A stretch of DNA of 39,268 nucleotides, from positions 1 through 39,268 of the IMG/VR virus record IMGVR_UViG_3300037791_000039, one strand, 5' to 3'. A program made the translations under genes and the position numbers. Below are positions 1 through 8,242 of this stretch, one piece after another. The notes under the pieces are model-generated. The model saw only the letters and a list, made by a program, of their open reading frames with translations, was not told where the DNA came from and ran no database searches. The DNA comes from a virus (Duplodnaviria > Caudoviricetes). Position 1 is the stretch's first letter. Each line of letters begins with the position of its first letter.

Positions 1-223
1 ATTCGTCGCCTTGAGTATCTGCTCAAATGGATTCGTATACTAACTAATGCCACCCACGGCGTGGCTGAGCGGGATGTTGCTGGCTGGTCGCGTCGATGAA
101 GATGGTGTGGACGACGGTCTGGAGATCGACCTATTTGTGGCGATGCGGGGTTGAAGACGACTGGCCTCATTTTACACCGAACGGATTAGTACTACATATG
201 CCCCCCTATCGGTCACACGGTGC

Positions 224-700
224 CTAAGCTGGCCACCAGCCGAACGGGCAGTCCTCGGCGAGGTCACGTGCCTTTTTGCTGAGGACGCAGCCACAGGTTC
301 CCTCACCAGCTTCGCGCATTGAGGCAAGCATGGGGCCGCAGGTGTGGAGATCGCCGTTTCGGTAGACAGCATGGTTGCCGGGGCATTGCCGGCAGACGGC
401 GAGCCGTGCTTCGATCTGTTCATTGCTGGCCATGTCGATACCGAGTGTGGTCTTGGCCACGCTCTTGGCTGCGTGCGAGACTGCAGTGATGACATTTAGC
501 GCTTGCTGCTTGGGGCTTGGCCTCGGAGCAGGCGTTGGGTCACCGCCACGCAGTACCTGCTTCCAGGTCTCATGCGCAAAGTACCAGGCCGTCCCTTCTT
601 CCTTAACTCGGGCTCGCTTAGCGCGATCCATCAGCGTGGGGTCGCGCCGGCGCGTGACCTGCTCGATGTATGCGATTGGGATTTTGATTTCGTCTGCCAT
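224..700 (-). CDS. Cys-rich phage protein with DUF6171-like C-terminus
   Basis: 158 aa; motif RLAVCRQCP...CGCVLSKKAR...CPFGWW; last gene of the late operon. Confidence 0.7.
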   Translation of the reverse strand: MADEIKIPIAYIEQVTRRRDPTLMDRAKRARVKEEGTAWYFAHETWKQVLRGGDPTPAPRPSPKQQALNVITAVSHAAKSVAKTTLGIDMASNEQIEARLAVCRQCPGNHAVYRNGDLHTCGPMLASMREAGEGTCGCVLSKKARDLAEDCPFGWWPA

Positions 701-720
701 TTAGCCAAGGCAGGACCCTT

Positions 721-977
721 CACGGTTGTTATCCCGCTGGCTCTTTATCCAGCGGCTCTACGGCTCTCACCGCAGGTCGGACTATCTCTTCCCTCGGTTG
801 AGGGTCGGGCGCTCGTGGAGGCGATTACTGTCCGGTCTGGACTCGGCCTCTAGTCTCTGCACCTTCCGAAGCGTTCCCGCCTCGGCTTGGCTCAGGATTG
901 CCCTCGTCTTCACGTTAGGGGTTTCCCTGAATTCACCCGATATGGCCAATGTTTGTCTAGGGCTCCTTTCTATTCAC
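721..977 (-). ncRNA. Group I intron ribozyme core, no internal ORF; 5' boundary uncertain
   Basis: Minus strand: P3 UCGGGUG(940-934)/CGCCCGA(811-805); P AAUUCAGGGAAA(933-922); Q AAUCCUGAGC(899-890); P6a CCGAGGCG-GGAA-CGCUUCGG(885-866); R GCAGAGACUA(860-851); P7.1 GAGGC/GCCUC; P8 CCCUC-AACC-GAGGG; S AAGAGAUAGUCC(790-779); P9 CUGCGGU-GAGA-GCCGUAG; P9.1 CCGCUGG/CCAGCGG; P9.0 AC(777-776)/GU(723-722) just before terminal G721. Confidence 0.92.
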
Positions 978-3357
978 AACAGTTCACGTGGACGCCGAGC
1001 ACATCTGCCCAGCCGTCAGATTCGGGGTAGGGGCTGCCGTCAGCGTACTTGTCATACGAAGACAGCCGGACATGGACGATCAGCGTGAACGATGAGCCCG
1101 GTGCGGGCAGCCCGCTTTGAACACACCCGTACAACGTGGCGAGGTCTGGGGTAAACCATGTTGAGCCGGTTTCCCATCCGCCGATTCCACAGGCGTCGTA
1201 CCAGAAGGGCTCATCATCGAGTAGCGCCCCCTGGGGTCGATCACATGCGGCGTATTGGTTCGCGTCGTATCCCGATCGAAACGGTCCGTTCGTACATGGG
1301 TTGTTGCCGAAGCTGTTAGTCACGACAACGACTTTGCCGCCGACCTCAGTGAAGCCAGTGCCATTGTGAGAGATACATGGCCAAACAAGTAAACGATGGC
1401 ACACACGGTGATCGGGTTTGCGAGCCTTGTAGTCTTCGTAGGATTCACCGGGCTGGATCGGGATATGCCCGGCCTGATTGCCTGATACGTTGACCGCTGC
1501 ACATGGCGCTGAAGTGTGGCAGTCGATACAAGGCTCGTCGGGCGGACAGTCATCCATAACCTCGGTCACGTTGACGGGGTTGATCGGCCCGCCCGGATCG
1601 CCTTCGAAGACCTTCCACCAGACACCGCTGTGCTTGACGGCTTTGCCAACGAGCGCGGCCAAGTCGGTGCGCGTCGCACCCCAGATCAATCCGGGGTCAT
1701 CGCATTGGGCCAGGAAGTAGATCGGTCCGCATTCGTCGCGCCTAAACAAGCTGCAGGCGGCGGTTGAGTTGGGTGCCCGCTTTTCTCTGGCATCAACGAT
1801 CACAACAGCAACCCCACCCACAGGCAGCGACAGCCTACCGGGGTGACGCACGCGGTAGCACTTGCCGTCGTGTTTACCCGCGATGATCTTGGTGTGTCTT
1901 GGCAGCTGCACCCACTTGTTGGTTGTGCCTTGGCCGCACTCCCAGATCCGGAACCAACGCTTTGATGGCGGCGGCGGGTTTTCGCCACCACCGGGTCCAC
2001 CACCACCGCCTCCTCCACCGGGCGGATCGGGCGGGTTCCAGCCGAAGCACTCGGCACAGGAAACAAACGCGGGACCAATGCGGTGAAGGATCTCTGCGTC
2101 GGCCGGGATGAGCGTGCTTGCTTCAAACGGATCGACCCAGACACAGAATCCCCGGTGCTCAAAGCGTGTCAGCTTGTCGGGGAGCCTGGAGTTGGGCACC
2201 CAGGTGTCGCGCCAGTTGCGAGCATTCTGTCCCGGGCACAATCGGACTGGTACACCCGAGAGTCCCGGGCAAACGGGGTTGAGTTGTCCGCCGCAAGTGC
2301 AAGCGAGGCAGGACTCGAATTGGCATCGTAGCGCGATCGATATGGCTTCGGTGGGGATGCGCGAGGCCACCGCGTTGAGATCGAGGCTGTGGCACACGCC
2401 GTCGATGCGCTGAACGATCGTGGTCAGGCCGGGGTAATCCAGCAGCAGCGCATCAATCGCTTCTTTAGTTGCCCAGTACGCAACGCCGGGGTCTTTCGCG
2501 TCTGGGCACAGAGCGAACGGAACACCGAGGTTGCAGGTGCTGCAGGGCTGGTCGTTCGACGGTCGAAGTAGTCGGGCGTCGTCGGGGATGAGAGCAGAAG
2601 GAGCGGTTTGCTTTTCGTAGCACCAGCCGCTGTATTCAAATCCATCGGGTGTGTCTGGGAGGTCTGCATCTCTGATCCACACCTCGGGCGCATCGGCCGC
2701 ATTGGGCAGTGCTTGGTCTGCCGGGCAGAGCGATTGCTTCACACCGTGGGTACAGGTGGTGCAATCGTCCTGGGGATTGCCCAGCCCGATCCAGAACGCG
2801 GGGTCCGGATTATTGACTACCGGCCCGGCGGGCACGTTGATGCAGATGCCGCCGTTATCAAAGACACCTTGCTGACCGCGCTCTGTGTCGCTGGGGACGT
2901 AGAGGTTGTTGACATCCCAGCCGCGGGCAATGGCCCTTGGTGCGTGATCGGCGCAGACGGTCGCCTTGATCCCTTTGGGCGGATCGTTGGGCCAAGGCCA
3001 CGCGCCTCCGCCGTCCCCACCACCGATTCCACCACCTGCCCCGGCCCCCGCGCCACCGCCGCCGGGGAATCCTTCACCCGCTTCTTCGCTTGCACTCTCA
3101 CAGCTGGTGCAGTCGTCCCATGGGAACGGGCCACGGTATGCATAGATGCCATCGCCTTGCGGCATGCAGATGCGGCCACCAGCCGGATCGATGGTCCAGC
3201 AGTTACGACTCGCATCGTCTTGTGTATCGAGCTCGAAGCGCTTGGCGGTAGCGGGCAGATCATCCTCATGCACGAAGACACGCAGGTCCGAGGTGTTGTT
3301 TGAACACTTGGTCGCCTCGACCCAGGTATCACAGTTTTGGCAGCGCGGCCAACTCAT
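970..3357 (-). CDS. Cys-rich repeat virion protein, putative tail fibre/receptor-binding protein (795 aa)
   Basis: Start moved to ATG 3357, which overlaps the upstream TGA (ATGA). About 7 repeats with C...C...CxxC and two Gly/Pro linkers; distal position in the tail module. Confidence 0.7.
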   Translation of the reverse strand: MSWPRCQNCDTWVEATKCSNNTSDLRVFVHEDDLPATAKRFELDTQDDASRNCWTIDPAGGRICMPQGDGIYAYRGPFPWDDCTSCESASEEAGEGFPGGGGAGAGAGGGIGGGDGGGAWPWPNDPPKGIKATVCADHAPRAIARGWDVNNLYVPSDTERGQQGVFDNGGICINVPAGPVVNNPDPAFWIGLGNPQDDCTTCTHGVKQSLCPADQALPNAADAPEVWIRDADLPDTPDGFEYSGWCYEKQTAPSALIPDDARLLRPSNDQPCSTCNLGVPFALCPDAKDPGVAYWATKEAIDALLLDYPGLTTIVQRIDGVCHSLDLNAVASRIPTEAISIALRCQFESCLACTCGGQLNPVCPGLSGVPVRLCPGQNARNWRDTWVPNSRLPDKLTRFEHRGFCVWVDPFEASTLIPADAEILHRIGPAFVSCAECFGWNPPDPPGGGGGGGGPGGGENPPPPSKRWFRIWECGQGTTNKWVQLPRHTKIIAGKHDGKCYRVRHPGRLSLPVGGVAVVIVDAREKRAPNSTAACSLFRRDECGPIYFLAQCDDPGLIWGATRTDLAALVGKAVKHSGVWWKVFEGDPGGPINPVNVTEVMDDCPPDEPCIDCHTSAPCAAVNVSGNQAGHIPIQPGESYEDYKARKPDHRVCHRLLVWPCISHNGTGFTEVGGKVVVVTNSFGNNPCTNGPFRSGYDANQYAACDRPQGALLDDEPFWYDACGIGGWETGSTWFTPDLATLYGCVQSGLPAPGSSFTLIVHVRLSSYDKYADGSPYPESDGWADVLGVHVNCCE

Positions 3358-4277
3358 GCGCCGCCTCCTTCGCAAGGACCGTCTGCGTTGTTGATGGCTT
3401 GAAAGACGTGCTCGATCGCTTGGGTCTCGCAGTTGATCTCGGGTGTGATCTGGACGACCGCCCCTGCGCCGATGGGCTGGATCGAAACCCCCGCGGGCAG
3501 GAGATCGACATTGATGCCGCAACCCTGCACGCCCGTCGCGCTGTTGTTCGCTTCGACCGTGTTGTAGGCCGTGCCAGTCAACCCGTCGGGCACGGCCGCC
3601 CAGGTGCCGGCCTGCTGATACTTCATCTGCGTAAAGGGATACGACCAACGGTTATCACCGATCGAGGTTGCCCCACCCAGTTTGCCCCAGACCCAATCAG
3701 CCCCGGGAGTTGTGCCGAGGTTCACCAGCGCCCAAACAACGGTCGATGCAGAACCGCTTCCGGGGGCACTTCCGGGGGCGTGCCAGATGATTTGGGTGCC
3801 GGGCTTGCCGGATTCGAGTTTGGTGGTGTCGCCGTCGATCACACCGGCGGTGGTGTGTTGTTCATCGAGCAGGTCGATCTGTACCGGGCAGATGCCGTTG
3901 ACGTAGGCCCGGCCGATTCCCCCTGCGGGCAAGGGGTCGAGCAGGACCGCGAAATGCCCCGCCGCTGCATGCTCGTCCTCGGTCGGCGTGACGACGGTCA
4001 GCGCGACCTGGCGCAGGAATTCGTCGAGGTGATCGCCGGGCAGGATGATCGGGGCGTTGATCCCGACGACCGCGTTGCGCGAGAGATCAGCCCCGGAGTC
4101 GTTGCGGACCAGGACGATGCCGGTCTGTTTCGTGCCGGCGGTTGCGGGCATGGGACCACGGCCACCGGCCTGCTGCTCGTAGTAAGCGCGCGTGGCATCG
4201 ACGATCTTGTTCCAGTCGTTCGCTGGGATTCGCAGCGGGCTTCCGCTTTGGACATGACGCAAGTGTGCCATCGTCAC
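3354..4277 (-). CDS. Putative tail tip/baseplate-region protein
   Basis: 307 aa; GTGA overlap with the upstream gene; second gene after the tape measure. Function from position only. Confidence 0.6.
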   Translation of the reverse strand: MTMAHLRHVQSGSPLRIPANDWNKIVDATRAYYEQQAGGRGPMPATAGTKQTGIVLVRNDSGADLSRNAVVGINAPIILPGDHLDEFLRQVALTVVTPTEDEHAAAGHFAVLLDPLPAGGIGRAYVNGICPVQIDLLDEQHTTAGVIDGDTTKLESGKPGTQIIWHAPGSAPGSGSASTVVWALVNLGTTPGADWVWGKLGGATSIGDNRWSYPFTQMKYQQAGTWAAVPDGLTGTAYNTVEANNSATGVQGCGINVDLLPAGVSIQPIGAGAVVQITPEINCETQAIEHVFQAINNADGPCEGGGA

Positions 4278-5083
4278 ACTCCTATCCCAAGTCCAGCAAA
4301 GTCCCCATCGCGATAGACCTGCTCCACGTAGGCCGCGATGGGCTTACGGATCAGCATCTTGGCGTTCGTGTCTTCGGCCTCCTGGTAGCGGACCCAGAGG
4401 TATTCCCAGCCCTTCTTCGCGATGCCCGCGATGGTGCCAACGCTCAGGCCGGTCACGTTGGGCGAGCCCGCGAAGGCGAAGCTGATCTCCCAGAGGTCTT
4501 CGGGATCGGTGCCGCGTCGCGACCCAGCCGCGCCGAGGAACAGGCATTCGCCGCCAGACAGGCCTTTGAACGCGGCGTTATTGACACGCCCCGTGAGCGA
4601 GAAGAGCGCGCTCTTATACGCCGTGGTCACGACGGTGGGTGCGAGGTGGTGCGTTTCGGAGAAGGTGTAGACCGGCGCGGTGATGTCCACGCCATCGACG
4701 CCATCCTGCGTCACACCAATCGCGCCCTTGAAGTCTGGAGCCGCGCCGCCGGGGAAGTCTGGCGCGACGTAGCTGCCTACGGTGGAGAGGGATTGGGTGA
4801 TGTGCTGGGTGCCCCCGCGCGTCTCAAAGCTGAAGCTGGATTGACCTGCCACAGGGGGAGCGCTGCCCGACCGGACATACCGCACGACCCCGAGCCACAT
4901 GCTTGGAGCAAGCTCTTCGACCTCCGCGTCGTCACGCTTGAGGTTGTTGTGAACGGTGGGTGATTCGGTTAGGAGTTCAAGGCGTGCGATGGCGTCGCTG
5001 TCGGTTCCACGGACGACGTAGGTCAGTTCTGCCGATTCATCGGAGAGCACGCGACCAAACTTTTCTTCAACGATGACAGACAA
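4274..5083 (-). CDS. Putative distal tail protein
   Basis: 269 aa; TTG start with AGGAGA RBS; immediately after the tape measure gene. Confidence 0.6.
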   Translation of the reverse strand: MSVIVEEKFGRVLSDESAELTYVVRGTDSDAIARLELLTESPTVHNNLKRDDAEVEELAPSMWLGVVRYVRSGSAPPVAGQSSFSFETRGGTQHITQSLSTVGSYVAPDFPGGAAPDFKGAIGVTQDGVDGVDITAPVYTFSETHHLAPTVVTTAYKSALFSLTGRVNNAAFKGLSGGECLFLGAAGSRRGTDPEDLWEISFAFAGSPNVTGLSVGTIAGIAKKGWEYLWVRYQEAEDTNAKMLIRKPIAAYVEQVYRDGDFAGLGIGV

Positions 5084-5094
5084 CCCGGAATCTC

Positions 5095-7092
5095 CTATGC
5101 GAAAGCAGCACCGTTGTTGCGGACTTCACGTTCGATGCGCTTGGCGATGCGGGCGGCTTCTTCGGCTGCATCAGCGGCTCGTTCGGTCGCGTCGTTAGAG
5201 AACGCCAGGCCGAGCAGCGCCGCGGGATTGAACGATCCCACCGAACGAACCCGGTCGGCTTCGCGCTGCAAGGCGTCTTCAAAACCCGACAGGTCTGGTG
5301 GCTCGGGCGCTTGTGGCACATCGTTGCCGTTGTCTTGGTCCTGGGTAGCGGCTCGGCGATCGCGTGCTTCGGCGATGGCGTCTTCCCACTCCTTGCGTGC
5401 GTCGATCAGGGCCTGCTCTGCGTCTTGCTCCGTATCACGGCGCTGTTCTTCCTGACGCTGTTGTTCGTCCTCGTACTGTTGTCCGATGACACCGAGGGTT
5501 TGCTCGTTCAGATCGTCGGCCTGTTGGCGACGGGTTTCGCGGCGCAGATTGACACCGATCACTGCCTCGCCGGTCTGCCGATCGATCTCGGCAAGCCGCT
5601 GCTCCAGCGCCCGGTCGATCTCCACATTGGCCCGGGCCGGGTTGATCGAGTCATCGAACAGGCTCTTGATGTAGTTCCACGCCTTGGTCGCCAGCGCCTT
5701 CATCCGCTCCCAGGTGGCCGAGAAGATGTTGACGAACCCGTGCCACGCGGTTGCGAGGAAGGATGTTGTTTCGATCCATGCGACCTCGAGCGCATGCCAG
5801 ACGGTCTGCAACGCCGCCAACGCACCGGTGAACGCCCCCACGAGGACATCCGCGATGAAGTGCTTGAAGCTGAGCCACAATCCCTTGATGAAGTTGACCC
5901 CTTTGACCCACTCCATCTTCAGCGTGAGCCAGAGGATCTTCGCGGCTAGCCCGATGTCGCCAGCGGCCAGTGCATCGGCGATCCCTTGGTAGGCTTTCAA
6001 CGCGGTGCCTTTGAGCGCCTGGAACTTTTCGCCGAGCCAATCGAGTGCTTGGCCCGCAACGCCTGTCGTCTGTACGAGATAGGCCCCGAGAACACCCAGC
6101 GCCGTGATCACCAGACCGATCGGGGAGACCAGGAACGCAATCGCGGTTGCGATGACTCCGAATGCTGCGCCGGCACCCGTCACGATGGAAACGAGTAGCC
6201 CGATCGCCATGCCGACCCCGGAGATCAACACCCCGAGTGTGATCAGACCGAATCCGACAGCAGCAACGACGGCCGCAACCTTCATGATTTGCACAATGAG
6301 TTCACGGTTGGCTTTGACCCAGCCGCCGACCGTGACCGCTAATCGCGTGATGGTGTCAGCCACTTTCTGCAGCAGCGGTGCCAGGGCGGCACCCACATTG
6401 AAGACCCCCATGCGGACGACCTTCCAGAGCTTGTCCAGTGCGTCGGTGAATTCTTCGGCGGCAGCAGCATCTTCTCCCGACATCGTGAGTCCCAGGCGAC
6501 GGGCTTCTTCTTGAAGCGCACTGATCCCCGCGCTGCCCTGATCGAACATTGGGATGAGGTTGGTGCCCGTTCGGCCGAACAGCGTCATCGCGATCGCGGC
6601 CTTGCGTGTGGGGTCCTCGATCTCGCCGATGCGGTCTGCCAGCAGCTTGAACTGGTCTTCGGGCGATAGGCCGTCCAGGTCGGCAAAGGTCAGACCGAGA
6701 TCGGTGAGGGCATCGACCTGTGTCGAGAGGCCCCTGCCCGCGTCGTAGATGGACCGCTGCATCTTTCTAAAGCCCATCTCCAGCGAGCCGAACTCGGTGC
6801 CGGTCTGGCTGGCAACGAACTCCATCTCGCTAAGGGCCTCCACAGAGAGCCCGGTCCGCTTGGCCATCTTGGCGACCTGGTCCCCGTATCGTCCGAAGAG
6901 CTTGGTCGCGGCGGTGAGCGGCGCGATGACCGCAGTACCCAGGCCCGCGACTTTCAGGCCCGCATTACGCACCGACTGGCCATAGGCTTTGAGCTTTCGC
7001 TCTGCCCGGCGAAGGCCGCGCACAAGCTTGCTGTCGTCGGCGAAGAGCTCGACGAAAGCGCGGCCTGCTCGGATACCTTGGCTAGAGGGCAT
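5095..7092 (-). CDS. Tail tape measure protein
   Basis: 665 aa; Ala/Gly-rich, helical, periodic aromatic residues, central hydrophobic stretch; motif AIAMTLFGRTGTNLIPM; follows the tail chaperone. Confidence 0.9.
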   Translation of the reverse strand: MPSSQGIRAGRAFVELFADDSKLVRGLRRAERKLKAYGQSVRNAGLKVAGLGTAVIAPLTAATKLFGRYGDQVAKMAKRTGLSVEALSEMEFVASQTGTEFGSLEMGFRKMQRSIYDAGRGLSTQVDALTDLGLTFADLDGLSPEDQFKLLADRIGEIEDPTRKAAIAMTLFGRTGTNLIPMFDQGSAGISALQEEARRLGLTMSGEDAAAAEEFTDALDKLWKVVRMGVFNVGAALAPLLQKVADTITRLAVTVGGWVKANRELIVQIMKVAAVVAAVGFGLITLGVLISGVGMAIGLLVSIVTGAGAAFGVIATAIAFLVSPIGLVITALGVLGAYLVQTTGVAGQALDWLGEKFQALKGTALKAYQGIADALAAGDIGLAAKILWLTLKMEWVKGVNFIKGLWLSFKHFIADVLVGAFTGALAALQTVWHALEVAWIETTSFLATAWHGFVNIFSATWERMKALATKAWNYIKSLFDDSINPARANVEIDRALEQRLAEIDRQTGEAVIGVNLRRETRRQQADDLNEQTLGVIGQQYEDEQQRQEEQRRDTEQDAEQALIDARKEWEDAIAEARDRRAATQDQDNGNDVPQAPEPPDLSGFEDALQREADRVRSVGSFNPAALLGLAFSNDATERAADAAEEAARIAKRIEREVRNNGAAFA

Positions 7093-7114
7093 GGGTCACC
7101 TGTGCCAGCGCGGC

Positions 7115-7501
7115 TTAATCACGGCGGGGACGAGGCTTGGACAGCTCGCCGAAGCGATCGAGTTCGGCATGCTTGGTCTGGATGCCTTGTCGTAGCTGTT
7201 GACGCAGCCTCTTCGCTGGCTTCTTACCCCCGTTCGCATCGGCGTAGTCTTTGAGGACGTGATCCAGCGCGGTATTGAGCTTGGTCGCGCCGGCGTGAGG
7301 CGTTTCACTCGGGACTTTCTTCTCAGCGCGCTTGATCGCGGTGATGATCGAGCCTTCCCATTGACGCCACTTCTCGTTGAAGGGGTCGATCTTGCCGAGC
7401 GTCCAGAACACGAGCACAAAGACAGAGGCCATCCCAAGCAAGAAGCCGAAGACGGAGTTCGTAAACGCGGTGAGGATGTCTGTTAGCGATTCAAGGATCA
7501 T
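7115..7501 (-). CDS. Membrane protein, LL-H-like holin candidate
   Basis: N-terminal hydrophobic helix followed by AIKRAEK...GATKLNTA and a basic C-terminus. Confidence 0.5.
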   Translation of the reverse strand: MILESLTDILTAFTNSVFGFLLGMASVFVLVFWTLGKIDPFNEKWRQWEGSIITAIKRAEKKVPSETPHAGATKLNTALDHVLKDYADANGGKKPAKRLRQQLRQGIQTKHAELDRFGELSKPRPRRD

Positions 7502-7934
7502 GTCGTTTGCCTTTCATGCCCGTCAGGGCTTCGCGGAGGAGTTGGAGATCGTCTGCCCGATACTGTTCACCTATGCCGTCCCGAGACTTGGCGGTCTTTT
7601 GGTATGGGTCGAAGTCAGAGGTCTTAAACGGTCGATGCTTCTTGGGATCACGATTGGCGTTGGCGATGACCGCACAGACAAGTGCTGTACGGGACCACTG
7701 ATCTTGGCCGTGGCCTTCTGACATCCAGAGCAGTTGGCGCAGCGTTAATTGGAAGAGGTCAGCGGTTCCGAGCCCGAGGCTTCCTGCGATTCGCCAGACA
7801 TCACCCCACGGATCGTTTCGTCGATGTTGATTGCATCGAGCTTGCTCTCGACTGCGCTCACCGCCGCGTTGATCATGGCCATCTGTTTGGCGACCGCTTT
7901 GGCCCGATCGTTGCGCCCGCGCCCTCGGAAAAAA
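7491..7934 (-). CDS. Tail assembly chaperone gpT-like segment (-1 frame extension)
   Basis: The frame of ORF 7491-7724 is open upstream to the heptamer TTTTTTC (7934-7928) and reads ...DVWRIAGSLGLGTADLFQLTLRQLLWMSEG... Confidence 0.7.
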   Translation of the reverse strand, partial: FFPRARAQRSGQSGRQTDGHDQRGGERSREQARCNQHRRNDPWGDVWRIAGSLGLGTADLFQLTLRQLLWMSEGHGQDQWSRTALVCAVIANANRDPKKHRPFKTSDFDPYQKTAKSRDGIGEQYRADDLQLLREALTGMKGKRHDP

Positions 7935-8242
7935 TCAATGAGTTCCTCGTAGAACGCCTTCTGTGCAGCGAGCAGCGTCTCACCATCGAAGCAACTGCGA
8001 ACGTCGTCTTCAGTGAGGCCTTGCTTGGCGAACTGCCCCTCCAGCATGATGCAGAGCACCTCGCCTAAGAGCATCTCGTCGGTGCCCAATAAGGTCAGGA
8101 CAGGCTCGCCATTGGCTTCGCCCTTCCGGGGGGCTTCGGGTTGGAGCAGATCGATATCGAGTCGGCTCTTGACCGCCATCGCGGTGCCGAGGTTCAGTGT
8201 CAGCGTCCAGCTTCGTCCATTTGCATCGGTAAACGTCCTCAT
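7745..8242 (-). CDS. Tail assembly chaperone gpG-like
   Basis: ATG 8242 overlaps the tail tube stop (TAATG); lies between tube and tape measure genes; contains ELIDFF. Confidence 0.8.
   Translation of the reverse strand: MRTFTDANGRSWTLTLNLGTAMAVKSRLDIDLLQPEAPRKGEANGEPVLTLLGTDEMLLGEVLCIMLEGQFAKQGLTEDDVRSCFDGETLLAAQKAFYEELIDFFRGRGRNDRAKAVAKQMAMINAAVSAVESKLDAINIDETIRGVMSGESQEASGSEPLTSSN

Noticed and set aside
1-223. Prophage att site or terminator (short inverted repeats TTGAG/CTCAA, GCCAC/GTGGC, TAGTACTA)
   Set aside because: The partner end lies beyond the window, so there is nothing to compare; the hairpins are short and lack a U tract.
782-949. 55-codon TTG-started minus-strand ORF after AAAGGAG, and plus-strand ORFs 503-853 and 726-1088
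   Set aside because: They run through the ribozyme core, show no homing-endonuclease or other motifs, and the SD spacing is poor.
721-977. IStron or other IS interpretation of the ribozyme
   Set aside because: No tnpA/tnpB or recognisable IS ends between P9 and the terminal G; the GTGAA repeat alone is insufficient.
970-1500. Diversity-generating retroelement target at the fibre C-terminus
   Set aside because: No reverse transcriptase and no template-repeat copy seen in the window.
2062-2068. GUUUGUU as a distant 5' splice site pairing 7/7 with GACAAAC (957-951)
   Set aside because: A 7-mer match within 2.4 kb can arise by chance, and splicing there would cut a repeat just before its CxxC. 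Kept only as a site to include in RT-PCR.
3358-3648. N-terminal 97 aa of the listed 892-aa ORF
   Set aside because: It overlaps gene 3354-4277 in another frame and is Arg-rich shadow sequence; ATG 3357 has a clean ATGA coupling.
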